This document shows positions 53,300 to 64,000 of a stretch of 64,000 nt of DNA, in pieces. The first letter of the stretch is position 1, and every line of letters starts with the position of its first letter. The stretch spans positions 64,001 to 128,000 of the IMG/VR virus record IMGVR_UViG_3300028603_000002. One strand, given 5' to 3'. This DNA is from a virus. Lineage: Duplodnaviria; Caudoviricetes. Position numbers and translations under genes: made by a program. The notes below the pieces were generated by a model. That model had not been told where the DNA came from. It did no database searches and was given only the letters and a program-made list of their open reading frames with translations.

Positions 53300-54987
53300 A
53301 CCATTTGACGACCGTTGTACTTCGACTGCAATTTCTTCAAGCAATTCAAGTATTTCATTTGCCCAAGTGTGGTCTATGTTTATTTTTGATACCTGAGTGT
53401 CAAATCCGAGCTTTTTAGCAACATCCATATCGTGTCGCATTTCGCCCTTGAATCTCCTGTATTCTTCTTTTTTCTTTGTGATGAGTTCTAATACTTTTTC
53501 CATAACCGTTATCATTTATACAGGTGTTGACTACTCACCAATATAGTGTGTTTCAAAATCATAACCATCATTTACCTTTTGAAGTTTACCTTCGTCAAGA
53601 TTTATGATTTCTCTTATATTTTTAAGTTTAGTGTCAGCAATTTCTTTTGTGTGTATTTCAATATCAATACCTCCAGAACCGTCACCATCAATTTGAATTG
53701 GCAATAATCTGTTTGCACCAACATCACCACAATATTGTATTTTTCTGAGAGCAATCATAAAATCTTTTAAATCTTCATCAGAAATTGCTGTAATTCGCAA
53801 GTCAATAAATTTTCGTTCCATATTGTCGTTTTAAGTCGTTAAAATTATGTGCGCATAGCCATAACCGTTACCATTTATACGGGTATTGTAGCACATACGC
53901 TCACTACTTTTTCGGTTTCAATTTACCGTCTGCACATTTAGGGCAGTATATTGTTTGATGTTTTGTAATTCTCCACCCTTTTTTACTCCACGCACTGGCA
54001 GCATCATACGGGTCGCAATCCATTTCTCTTCCAATAGTTCTACACTTATGGCACATTATTGTGTTTTCAGTAGTACAATGTTCGTATAGTTCATGTATTT
54101 CATCCATCTCCGTTCGTTTTAAGATGTTAGTAATAGTTTATAAGGGTATTATCGGCAATTATTCCCAAGTAATTTCCACCATTTTTGCATCTTCCATCAT
54201 TTTCATTAATCCGCAAAATTCTCTCCAATGATATTCAGTTATTGTTTCACCTATACTATTACTAAGTTTATTTAAACAGTTGTATATCTCTGTATTAATA
54301 TAACTACCGCTAACAACAGGTGTACTTGATGCTTGTGTTTCTGCCATTTGTAAGTTCGGTTCTTTTTTCATGTTGATTAGTTGGTTGGTTTATACGGGTG
54401 TTATAGGCAATTGCCACTAAAGTATCTCTCTACATTCGGGACAATAATTTTCAGCAATTTGTTGAACCCATTTTTTATTTTTATGTTCACATCGTGGCAA
54501 CTGTTCGCTTTGCCGTACAACATTGTATAAATCCAATTGCTTACGTGCTTCAATCAATTGAGCTTCCAACCAATCCTTGTAGTTGTCGAGGTCAAAGTGT
54601 ATGTCTGTTTCACCAACCGTTTCAGGATGGTCAAGTCTAAATTCTTCTTCAAATGTATATCTCATAATTTCTGTTTTTTAATTCGCCCTACGCATACAAT
54701 CGACCGTTAGCGTTCAGCCTATCGCTGCGGGTAGTTAAGTTTATACGGGTGTTAGGTGTAATGTCAACACCATTCTACGCTAATCACTTTTAGTTTACAC
54801 CCATCAACATCATTTATTACATGCCCTTCCTTGGGGTGAGAGTCTGTAATTGATATTGGTTCATTTGTCGGTTCACACCCCATTTTGAACAATAGTCTTG
54901 AACCTTTAGGTAAAAATGCTTTTGAGGTCTTTGTGATGAACCAAGTTTTTAACTTTTCGTTACCCCAAGCAAATCGAACAACGCTAC

Positions 54988-55107
54988 ACCTAACATCCGC
55001 TATAGTGCACGTATGTTCTGTTGTTTTTGTAATATTTTGCATAACTCAAAGTTTATTTCTGTTTGGATGCGTTATTGAAGCCACGCACCATAGCTTTACC
55101 GTTAGGA
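54988..55107 (+). mobile_element. attC-like site containing the start of the 54764..55042 gene
   Basis: CCTAAC..GCTATAGTGC / GCACCATAGC..CCGTTAGG. Confidence 0.65.
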
Positions 55108-56288
55108 GAAGTTAAAGAGAAAACCAATCACTTTCCTCTTGTCTACTCAGAAGCTCCTCAACAGCCTCTTTGGTAGCAGGACAAGCGGAGTAAAAACAAT
55201 TCTTTGCTTTCACCTCAAGTTGCTTCAGCTTTTCAAAGTCTCCGTCCACTAATTGAAAAAGAAACAGAGTTTGCTCGTTGCTGTGATTAGTCCGATCGGT
55301 TAACCAATTAAGTCGTTCTTTATCAAGCTCGTACTTATAGGTATCTTTGCGTCCATACTTCAATTCCATATTCTATTAGCTTTACGATGTTACTGTTTAT
55401 ACGGGTGTTAGACGCAACGCTAAGAAACCAACCTACCTTCGACATTTTCTTTCATTTTGATTAACTCATCCCTATAACCAGAACCACCATCTTGGTTGGA
55501 ATAGGGCATTTGCAAGTGTTCATTTATTTTTACCAACAACTTAGCTGTTTTCACTTTGTTATCCTGATGCTGGTCAATCCATTTATTGTATTTACGAATA
55601 ACTTTGTTTAGTTTGGTTCTACCTTCTTTCCACCAAGATATACCTACATTTTCATCCCACTCTACTATTTTTTCCATATTCCGTTCGCTTTACGATGTTA
55701 CTGTTTATACGGGTGTTGTGTGTAATTAAAGCAAGCCATCGTTATTTTCGCCCATCATCGTATCAACGGCTTTTTCAGCATCTTTAGCCGCACTTTTAAG
55801 CAGCTTCTTTGTGTTTTCAGGTTCGTTTCCTGTGGCTACATCTACCACGTCTTTTACAATTGCAACAGGTGTAAGTGCTGTTTTTACTGCTGCTGAAATT
55901 ACGTTTGTTAAGAATCCCATTTGATTAAAATTAACTGCTGCCAACAATGTAGTAAGGCACAGGCAGCGTTTGTGCTTATCGCTGTGGGTGGTTGAGTTTA
56001 TACGAGGGGTAGGTGTAATACTAAAGATTCCTACTAACCAACCCTGTTCCATTACACCAAGTACAATCTTCTTCATTACCAAAATCGTCTATTTCAATTT
56101 TACCGCCACCCCAACAAACAGTACATTCCAATAATTCCTTAGTGGAAGTACTGCTGCCAACAGCACCTAAATCGCTATTGGCGGTGCTGTGGTTGTTCTT
56201 ACTTTCGTTCTTACTTTCGTTCATTACGGTTTAAGTTTTACCGAGTTTCCTAAATTGAGGGTAGTTATGTTTATACGGGTGTTGTGCT

Positions 56289-56693
56289 TCATGCAAGGAA
56301 ACTCCCGTGCTTAATTATGAAGTACAGTTTATTAGGGTCTCCGCCTAAATCAGGCTTGCCCCATCCGATCTCAATTCCTTTGTGTTCCATTTTCAATATC
56401 CTTTCCTTATCAGTTGATTTTGGATAACCCAATGTCATTGTGTTTGTAAGGAATGGCTTAAAACCAATCATACTTCTTTTCAATTTATCCCCTGCAATAC
56501 TTGACAGATAGGCGTTTATAGATTGTTTGTCCAAGTAATCCCAATCATATCCAGACGTGTACTTAAAAACCTTCTTATAGTCAAATACAAGTCTTTTAAA
56601 CCAGTAATCGTTTATGTCTCGATAATCTTCGGTTTTTACGCCCGATTTGGTCATGTCGAACCATTTTTTTTTAAGTGATAATTGCAAATTCAT
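56289..56693 (-). CDS. ASCH/PUA-like domain protein
   Basis: L.LKKKWFDM.KSG.KTEDYR....YW..RL and LGY motifs. Confidence 0.75.
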   Translation of the reverse strand: MNLQLSLKKKWFDMTKSGVKTEDYRDINDYWFKRLVFDYKKVFKYTSGYDWDYLDKQSINAYLSSIAGDKLKRSMIGFKPFLTNTMTLGYPKSTDKERILKMEHKGIEIGWGKPDLGGDPNKLYFIIKHGSFLA

Positions 56694-56715
56694 TTTGTAT
56701 CAGTTAAGCACGAAA

Positions 56716-56844
56716 GCACAACAATTGCTATAAAACATAGGGCGTTCGTGCGGTTATTAAAGTGTAGGGTTGTTTTTCAGGTGTTCGGTGTTTTCGAACA
56801 ATTCGGCTATCTATACCCTACGTTTCATGGCATAGCCGTTAGCG
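56716..56844 (+). mobile_element. complete attC-like site
   Basis: GCACAAC..GCTATAAAACATAGGG / CCCTACGTTTCATGGCATAGCC-GTTAGC. Confidence 0.7.
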
Positions 56845-56845
56845 T

Positions 56846-57034
56846 TCATTTTGACGACGCTCTCCGTACTTCTTCATTAAGCACATCGTAATTGTCTTTA
56901 ATGTACGCCTTTACATCGCCACTGCATTTGTTATTGTCATACAACCAAATCAGATAAGACGCAGGGACATTTATCATTTTATAACCTTGATATTTTCCCC
57001 AAGGCATAGGGCTTTCATCTGTTAAGTTTGCCAT
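56846..57034 (-). CDS. DUF3820-like small protein
   Basis: MPWGKYQG.....VPASYLIWL. True ATG at 57034, just after a repeat copy. Confidence 0.7.
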   Translation of the reverse strand: MANLTDESPMPWGKYQGYKMINVPASYLIWLYDNNKCSGDVKAYIKDNYDVLNEEVRRASSK

Positions 57035-57071
57035 TTTGTTTAAGTTTATACTGGTGTTGTAGCACATACGA

Positions 57072-57287
57072 TCACTGCACTTTTGGTCTCCAATGTGTGA
57101 TTTCGTAATCAACATCACCATACTGTCTGTAATCGTAATGTCCAATTCCTGCCTCAATCCACCAAGTATCCCCCAAGTAGTAGCCAACAAGTATCTCATC
57201 ATTATAGTCTTGCCTTAGCTCACAATCAATAGGCTCATCGTTTGCGTCTAATTCAGGCAGTCTTTCATTTACATTTATCCAATTCAT
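57072..57287 (-). CDS. DUF551-like protein
   Basis: WINVNERLP...ITHWRP. A related gene lies at 59308..59508. Confidence 0.7.
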   Translation of the reverse strand: MNWINVNERLPELDANDEPIDCELRQDYNDEILVGYYLGDTWWIEAGIGHYDYRQYGDVDYEITHWRPKVQ

Positions 57288-58923
57288 ATCAGTTCACGTT
57301 AAGTTTATACGGGTGTTAGCAGCAATTATGCCCTTTTAGGATAGTGCTTCATACATTTGAAACAAGCCATTTCATCATATAGTGGTTTTAACTCAACATT
57401 GCAATCAGGGCATAACTGTTCGCTTTGCCCTACAACATCATGTATGTGTAAGGCTATGTTTAGTGCTTTATCAGCAAGTTTGTAAACAGTTGTAGTTCTA
57501 GCAAGCTGTTGTGTTTGCATTTGATGTTCCTTTATTTCTTCAAGTATCTTAATTATATCTTCCATTTCTAATAATGTTTAGTGTGAATATTCGCCCTACA
57601 TATACACCCGGCCTTTAGCGTCCAGCCTATCGCTGTGGGTGATTAAGTTTATACGGGTGTTATGTGCAAGCACTACTGACCTGCTTCTTTATCAAGTTTT
57701 TTATAATGTCGTATAACATACGCAAGTTTATCTCTAAAATTAACCCTTCGCAATTGTTGAATAATGTCGCTGAATTTTTGTGCTTCATTATCAGGTATCA
57801 TCGAAATTAGTATATCATCGTGTTCGCAATGTATAGTTTCCATAAAATCATCTTGTGTCAAGCCTTCATCACAATGGTCATACATTTTTAATCTTGATGC
57901 TATTTCAGCACAATATTTGTGAGTTTTCCAGTCGTAAACTTGACCATCGTATTTGTGAGTAGATTTTATATAAGTATCACCTTTAGGTATTCTACACGCA
58001 CAAAAATTACAACTATGTTCTTTAATGGCTTTCGTTTCTTTTGGGTATGTTAATGTTTCCATATTTTAATCAAATTTTAGTTGTTAATAACCCGCTACTA
58101 CATATATCGGATGCGGTTAAGTTTATACGGGTGTTGTAGGCAAGCTCTACTTACATCTGAAGTGAGTGAGTACTGCCATCGGATGTTCATCTTCATATCT
58201 ACATTCCGTACCATCATCAAACCTACACAGGCAGTTTCGTTTTGCGTACTCATTGAATATTGATTCATTACCTTCAAATTCGAGCCAGCCACTAACAGCA
58301 AATAAATCCAATATTCTGTCAGCGGTATTGGCAACGCTTTCACCTATTATACACTTGTTTAATAGGTCGATAATTTGTTCTCTTTTTTCCATACTGTCTT
58401 TATTATTTAAGTTAGTTGTAATGTCTCCATACTAAGCCACTCGCCTTTATATTTACCAGTGTAAAAGGGTATATTGCAAAAGCTCTCCAAAAGAAGGAAA
58501 CTTCGGCATCAAGTGCGCTTAGTATCCCGATAGTGGCGTACCACATAATCCATAATCCCACTATAAGCACCACCGCTAACAATCTACGAAATGCATTCCT
58601 ATTGGTTTCTTTATAATTTTCATCCATGATTCTATGTTTTGTGTTTATTTATTAAATTCTATGGTTCAACGCATCTAATACTCTTCCGTTGGCAGAAATA
58701 CAAGTTGGCCGTTATCCCATCCGCTCAGGTTAATTTCAATCGGCAAAAGTGACTCCTTGCCGTCATATATGCCGTGCGTGTATTGATGCAAAAACGCTAA
58801 CTGCTCATTCTCTGTCAACTCGCGGGTAACCTTAAACGACCCAGAGCCTATCGTTTCGCCAGTGTCACGTTGGTAAACTTTGAATCTGTATGCAAATCTT
58901 TGCATTCTAATTTTTCTCTAATG

Positions 58924-59301
58924 TTAGGCACAAGCACTACCGACACGCTCCAAAATAGCATCTGCGTGACAAGGAGAAGAAAGCGAGCAAAAACACGCTA
59001 AATCCTTTCCTTTTAGTTCGGTAATGCTTGGCGGAGTTGGCAAATAAGGTGCAATTGCTTTTAATTCACCATCAAGCCATCGGCCGTATAAATCAACAAT
59101 ATCTTTTGTTTCAAATCCACCTGAATAACTCCACATTATCCAAGGGTCTAATATTTTCCGATTAGTCGAGTAGCATTGAATAAAGCCATCATGTGTTAAT
59201 CGAAATGGATTTCCCCATTTAGTAGGTCTCCCTACATACTTTGCGTTTTCGGGCATTCTCCATCCCTTTGTTCGCCTTCTTTGTATTCGTTTCATAATCA
59301 A
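58924..59301 (-). CDS. DUF4326 family protein
   Basis: YVGRPTKWGNPF and ELKGKDLACFC....CHAD motifs. Confidence 0.85.
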   Translation of the reverse strand: MIMKRIQRRRTKGWRMPENAKYVGRPTKWGNPFRLTHDGFIQCYSTNRKILDPWIMWSYSGGFETKDIVDLYGRWLDGELKAIAPYLPTPPSITELKGKDLACFCSLSSPCHADAILERVGSACA

Positions 59302-60580
59302 AATTTATCACTTATTTGGTAGTTCTGGCAACTCCGTCCAATGAGAAGGGAACACGCTCTCCCCATTTACTACCCATGTTTTGCCATCTTTGTGTAAATG
59401 TCCAACCCTCATTATAGAGTCTTCACCTGTTTCTTGAAGTATTAGCAACACTTCTACTTCCGTATCGGGGGTATTGTAATTTACATCAAACCAAATTGTT
59501 TCATTCATATCTGTTCACGTTAAGTTTATATAGGTGTTAGCAAACATTAGGTAAGTGATATGTAATATTTTTTCTTTTGATTTTCGACTGCATCAACAAA
59601 CCAACTTGGTAAGTTGTATTCAGTACATATTTTTTCAAACTCTATTTTAGGTAAGTAGCCTTTTGCTCTATCTTCTGCATACATTTTTATATGTAGGTTT
59701 ACACTACCTTTCGTCTTTAATAGAGTTTTTAACTTTTCAGGTTCACAAGTTGGTTTTATTACACCATTAGTATCATATAGGTAAAAACATTCCTTTGCGG
59801 TTTTACCGTTTTTATCAAATTGTATCAATTCAATTCCTTTTTTATTATGATAGTATTCAGTACCATCAAAAGAAAAAATATTAGATACAGATAAGTACCA
59901 ATTATAGTCTCGCTCAAAGTTTTTGCTGTATTTCATAACGTTTGCTAACAAAGTGTATGTGTAATAAGGCTACTTATCTACTACCTTTTCAACTTTCAAC
60001 TCATAAAGCTCACCTTTGTATTTAAACTGAACTTTTTCTTCAAGCTGTAAAAGGTGTTGAGCTACTGCGCCAACAGCCGTATCTGTTACATCATGTTTTG
60101 TTTGCCCCCAAGTTCCGTTCTTCAAAACTCTTCCAGCAAATAATCTACTCGTTAAAGGTGAGCAACCTACTTTAAAATCTGACATAATCTTTTTGTTTTA
60201 ATACTGACTACTTTACATTCCATATCAGTTTCCGTTAAGTTTATATAGATGTTGACAGCCATTTATTGAAACCACTGCTTAATCTGTTCTGTTCTTTGTT
60301 CGATCATCTCATTAATCTTTGGCAGCAATGGATAATTAGTTTCGTCAATCCAAACAGTTTCAGACTTACCATCTTTGCCTAATATAACTGTCGGAGTTGC
60401 TACAGAATAAATTTCTGTTCTTTTAGCGTGGAGTTGTTGCAACTGGTTATCGTTCAAGATCGCTTCTGAAATTAAACGGGGGCGAAGAGCGTATTTATTC
60501 AATGTGGAGTTTTTGTCGTTATTGTTCATTTCGGTATTTCGTTTTAATCTTCCGCGCTGGCATAGCGGATGACGTTAAGT

Positions 60581-60835
60581 TTATCCGGGGTTGATTGTGT
60601 CTTGAAACTTCTTCCTCAATGCTGACATCATAGCCTCAATAGCCCTGGGCATTTTTTTCACAACTTCATCTTTTGTTCGGCCCTGAACGACAACACCCTT
60701 AAGCTCCTTAATAATTCCTATGAACAATCCGGTTTTCTCATTATGAATTATCACCCCAGTGAAATTCTTGGTTTGTGCTTGTCTTCCCATGATAAGTGCT
60801 TTTGATTGATGTATGAAATTAATTAGCTTCCACAT
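60581..60835 (-). CDS. HicB-like small protein
   Basis: ELKGVVVQGRTKDEVVKKMPRAI pattern. No adjacent HicA seen. Confidence 0.6.
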   Translation of the reverse strand: MWKLINFIHQSKALIMGRQAQTKNFTGVIIHNEKTGLFIGIIKELKGVVVQGRTKDEVVKKMPRAIEAMMSALRKKFQDTINPG

Positions 60836-61627
60836 GTAGTCCGGATTTTTTGAACTTTTTTATAGCATTCCTGAGATTCAGAGCCGTAATGTAGTAGCAC
60901 TCCTTCCGGAGAATTAATTTGTTCCGTTTAACGTAACTCCCAGTTAACGACTCTACCGCTATATCCACCTCCTCCAACGGAGCTTCTGTCACTACCCCAT
61001 CATCCCATTGATACACTGTATGCCCAGGCTTCAGTCGTCGTGTACCGATAAAGCGGACTTTTTTCTCCTCCGCGGGGGTAACAATTTGCTGTTCTTGTTT
61101 AATTTGATCTGGCTTAATCTCCTTCATTGTTTTCCTTTTTTGTCAATGTAACGTGCAATAATTCATGTTTTCATAATTTTATCTTTTTAATTTGTACTAT
61201 AAAGATATGAAAAATATTTCAAAGTACCAACTATGAAGCGAAAGATGTTTCTAAATTTGACCCGACCGCGGGAAAATTTATAATATCAGGTACAAAGATA
61301 AAATTTATTGTGTAATTATCGAAATTTTCAATTCAAATAATTTTCCTACATGTTTATTTGGATATCTCCTAAAAATTCATTATCTTTATTATGAAATAAA
61401 ACAAGAAACTATGTATTATGTAGAAACAATGATTGATGGTATACTCCATTACAAAACAACACCGCATGGAAATTGGATACCTATTTCTATAGAAGTACTA
61501 TCACAAAGGGTGGTAAAAGCGGAAAAAAGAGTATCATTACTTAAAGATCAATTGCAAGAAGCTAAAAGTATACCCAAACTAACTTCTGAAGCTCTTGGGC
61601 AATTATTCACTGGAAAATCTAATTGAT

Positions 61628-63457
61628 ATGAATAAAGAAGTATCCAAATTAGTACAAGAAATTACAACTGAAAAACACGGTACTATATCTGTGGGTGGTA
61701 TATTATATCGTCGTGAGGACGTATATAAGATTGTTAAAATTGAAGAAACTGAGTGGGGTCCTGTATGTTATTGTATCGATCCTGATGGTGATGAACATAA
61801 AGTGTCTCGCAGTAGTTTACAAGACTATTATCAATACTATGAAGGTGATTTCGATGATCTGGTTAAGAAAGCAATAGCATTGAAACGAGGAGAATTTGAT
61901 CTAAGTGAATACCAGGAACAGTCTAATTCCGAATCAACTCAACTGATGAAGATAGATAAGAAATCATATGAAGTCTTATTATCTGATGTTAAGCGTAGAA
62001 GACATGAGCTTTCTATAATTCAAGCTCATTATCTCAGTATATTAGAAAGAGAAAAACGTAATTTAAGATCTATTATAGATACGTTTAACAAGAAGATTAA
62101 TAAGTTACGGGAGATTATATGGACTATTGAATTATATCTTGGTATAGAGGAGGATATAGTGCGCATTCAACAAGGAGCACCAGCATCAGACGAGGAACCT
62201 ATACATTTATTACAAGCTAGGCTATACATGGATGAAGAAGTTGGAGATCCAAGTGACGGTGGTCTTGATTTCAAAAATATTGAAGATTTCGATAATTGGA
62301 TGCTTAGTAAAAGCAAATTTTATGGATTTGAAAATTACAAATTGATAGTACCATTTCCGAAATGTGTACGTATAATGCGAGTAAGGCGGGATCAAAAGGA
62401 ATACCATGATAATCCATGGGTTAACTTCGAAATGAATATCCCGAACATGGAGACGTATATCATTATACGCAACGGTGAGAATATTTACACCATATCTACA
62501 ACTATGAGATTCGATGAAAAGTTATTTCCTGATTCTGATGAATTAGTGAAAATGTACGAGGAGATGGATAAAGATATCAATAATCCAAATATAATCAGTC
62601 GCAGCTATGATCCCGAAGAAAGGCATAAAAATAAAATTGATGAATTCATGCATACATACCGTAGAAATATGGTCGTAATGCAAGGTTTGCTTGATCGTAC
62701 CGAGGTTTTTGGTAATATGTCGGGTAAAGTATCCTTTATGAATGAAAAGTCTGCAGAAGAAGGCAAAATAGTGTTCTTCTACGAGAATCAAGGCAACCAA
62801 ATTGAAGATGGATCTGTCGATCCATTAAAATGGTTTGAAATCGCCAGTAGTAATCCAGTAGAAGGTCAACGAGTATTAGTCATTACTGAATCGGATTGGA
62901 AAACTTCAGAAGAACGTAATTATCGAATATATAACAGATATTTTTCAAATAAATGGGCATATCCAGATGCCATCCGAAACGGTATATATACCTTACATAT
63001 AGATAAGGAACATAGAGAATATGGTGAAAATAAAACTGTACTATATGTTAAATATTTGCCGAATGATGAAGTTTACACTGAGTATGGTAGCAAAGAAAGA
63101 ACCAGAAGATTTAGGTGGCGTCTGCATCCTAAAGAGTGTATTAATTTCGATCTTATATCACATAGAAATATCCAATGGGTAGATAATATGCTACATGATA
63201 GGAGAGTTAGAAAACATTATTCGAGATACATGAATACATTAATTGCTCTGAAGAAATACAAAGATAAAGAGTTAGAAGAAGAGTTACCATTCTGTCAACT
63301 CATACAAAGTTACTATCCAAAATTGGATATTGATGAAATCAGAGATTATGTATTTTGGTGGAAAACTAAGAATAAATGGAAGAGATCATTGACAGTAGAT
63401 GATCAGAAAGCGATTCGAATGATTAGAAAGAAAATTGAATCAACCTATAAAACATAA
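61628..63457 (+). CDS. large coiled-coil hypothetical protein (about 610 aa)
   Basis: Long ORF downstream of the 61357 promoter. IELYLG.EE and LYMDEE motifs. No function recognised. Confidence 0.75.
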   Translation: MNKEVSKLVQEITTEKHGTISVGGILYRREDVYKIVKIEETEWGPVCYCIDPDGDEHKVSRSSLQDYYQYYEGDFDDLVKKAIALKRGEFDLSEYQEQSNSESTQLMKIDKKSYEVLLSDVKRRRHELSIIQAHYLSILEREKRNLRSIIDTFNKKINKLREIIWTIELYLGIEEDIVRIQQGAPASDEEPIHLLQARLYMDEEVGDPSDGGLDFKNIEDFDNWMLSKSKFYGFENYKLIVPFPKCVRIMRVRRDQKEYHDNPWVNFEMNIPNMETYIIIRNGENIYTISTTMRFDEKLFPDSDELVKMYEEMDKDINNPNIISRSYDPEERHKNKIDEFMHTYRRNMVVMQGLLDRTEVFGNMSGKVSFMNEKSAEEGKIVFFYENQGNQIEDGSVDPLKWFEIASSNPVEGQRVLVITESDWKTSEERNYRIYNRYFSNKWAYPDAIRNGIYTLHIDKEHREYGENKTVLYVKYLPNDEVYTEYGSKERTRRFRWRLHPKECINFDLISHRNIQWVDNMLHDRRVRKHYSRYMNTLIALKKYKDKELEEELPFCQLIQSYYPKLDIDEIRDYVFWWKTKNKWKRSLTVDDQKAIRMIRKKIESTYKT

Positions 63458-64000
63458 TAACATGAATATACGCATAACAGGATTCATTGTAAGATTTTCT
63501 GGAGATGAATCTGCAGGTATTTTCCCTCAAGAATGGGAAGTTAAAGGAGATTTTGAGTTTGACACGTTGGAAGACTTAGATCTATTCAAAAATAAGCTGA
63601 TTGAAGCATGGGAATATGCCTCTGATACCCCTATTTCAGTAGAAACATTCGAGGAAATACGAGAAAGAGACATAAAAAGTCGTCCAAAAACCACAGAAAT
63701 CCCAGAAAATGAGTGGGGTGTACATATAACACATTGTTGTGTAGATCATGGATGTAAATATGGGTATGATGACTGCCCTGTTTATTTAGGTATAGTTGAA
63801 CAGAAATATCCTTGTGAAGATTGCAATATTGACTGGTAGAACCACGTTTCACCACATTTTCACTGAAAATCTATGACCCCCCCCTATTTCACTGATTTTT
63901 GGTAAAAAATACCCCAAAATCTTTGGTTTTTTGGTGGAAAATACTTATCTTTATTATGTAATTAATTAGAAACCTATAAAAACACATTAAAAATGAAAGA

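Larger units (their letters stand above)
52944..60592 (-). repeat. minus-strand gene-cassette array, about 17 copies of GTTAAGTTTATACGGGTGTT (plus-strand reading)
   Basis: Copies or variants at 52944, 53508, 53867, about 54134, 54384, 54734, 55389, 55697, 55991, 56264, 57038, 57298, 57642, 58116, 59519, 60234 and 60574, separating about 25 ORFs of 60-135 aa. Confidence 0.9.

Noticed and set aside
55726-57202. Long N-terminal extensions of ORFs 55726..56082 and 56846..57202
   Set aside because: They run through repeat copies and overlap neighbouring genes. Starts at 55920 and 57034 fit better.
52944-60592. CRISPR array interpretation of the 20-nt repeat
   Set aside because: The spacers are 250-1400 nt, unequal and contain whole ORFs. 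No cas genes are in the window.
61595-63457. Candidate integrase for the cassette arrays
   Set aside because: No tyrosine-recombinase R-H-x-x-R-Y pattern or serine-recombinase motif was recognised here or in any other ORF in the window.
1-64000. Genome-wide TAG recoding suggested by the CTA tRNA
   Set aside because: Long genes are uninterrupted in the standard code, and several end cleanly at TAG (for example 16084, 22050, 28574, 30824).

Overview
AT-rich segment of a large (jumbo-type) dsDNA phage genome. The host is most likely Bacteroidota, judging from about 20 TTTGG-N19-TATCTTTA promoters and a Bacteroidota-style outer-membrane beta-barrel gene. Layout: (1) 1-10.3 kb, an operon of about 9 glycosyltransferases plus a methyltransferase. 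(2) 10.3-16 kb, small accessory genes (degenerate ClpS, HNH-like, 3D-domain, DUF932, YkuK RNase H-like, P-loop kinase). (3) 16.2-24.7 kb, an RNA island with 27 tRNA or tRNA-like genes covering all 20 amino acids, a tmRNA with a very long tag, several rearranged tRNAs and five copies of a covarying stem motif (ACAT-9bp-TACT...GATTA). The last copies sit directly upstream of a 694-aa helical+TerD protein, a candidate Ro/Y-RNA-like system. (4) 27-40 kb, small hypothetical and early genes. (5) 40.8-42.9 kb (+) and 52.9-60.6 kb (-), two convergent arrays of tiny genes separated by a 20-nt repeat (GTTAAGTTTATACGGGTGTT) and integron attC-like hairpins, many of which lie inside ORFs. No integrase is visible in the window. 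(6) 46.5-49.6 kb, strand-asymmetric non-coding DNA with inverted and tandem repeats and G-tracts, possibly an origin or terminus. All protein calls are motif recognition by eye, not database hits.
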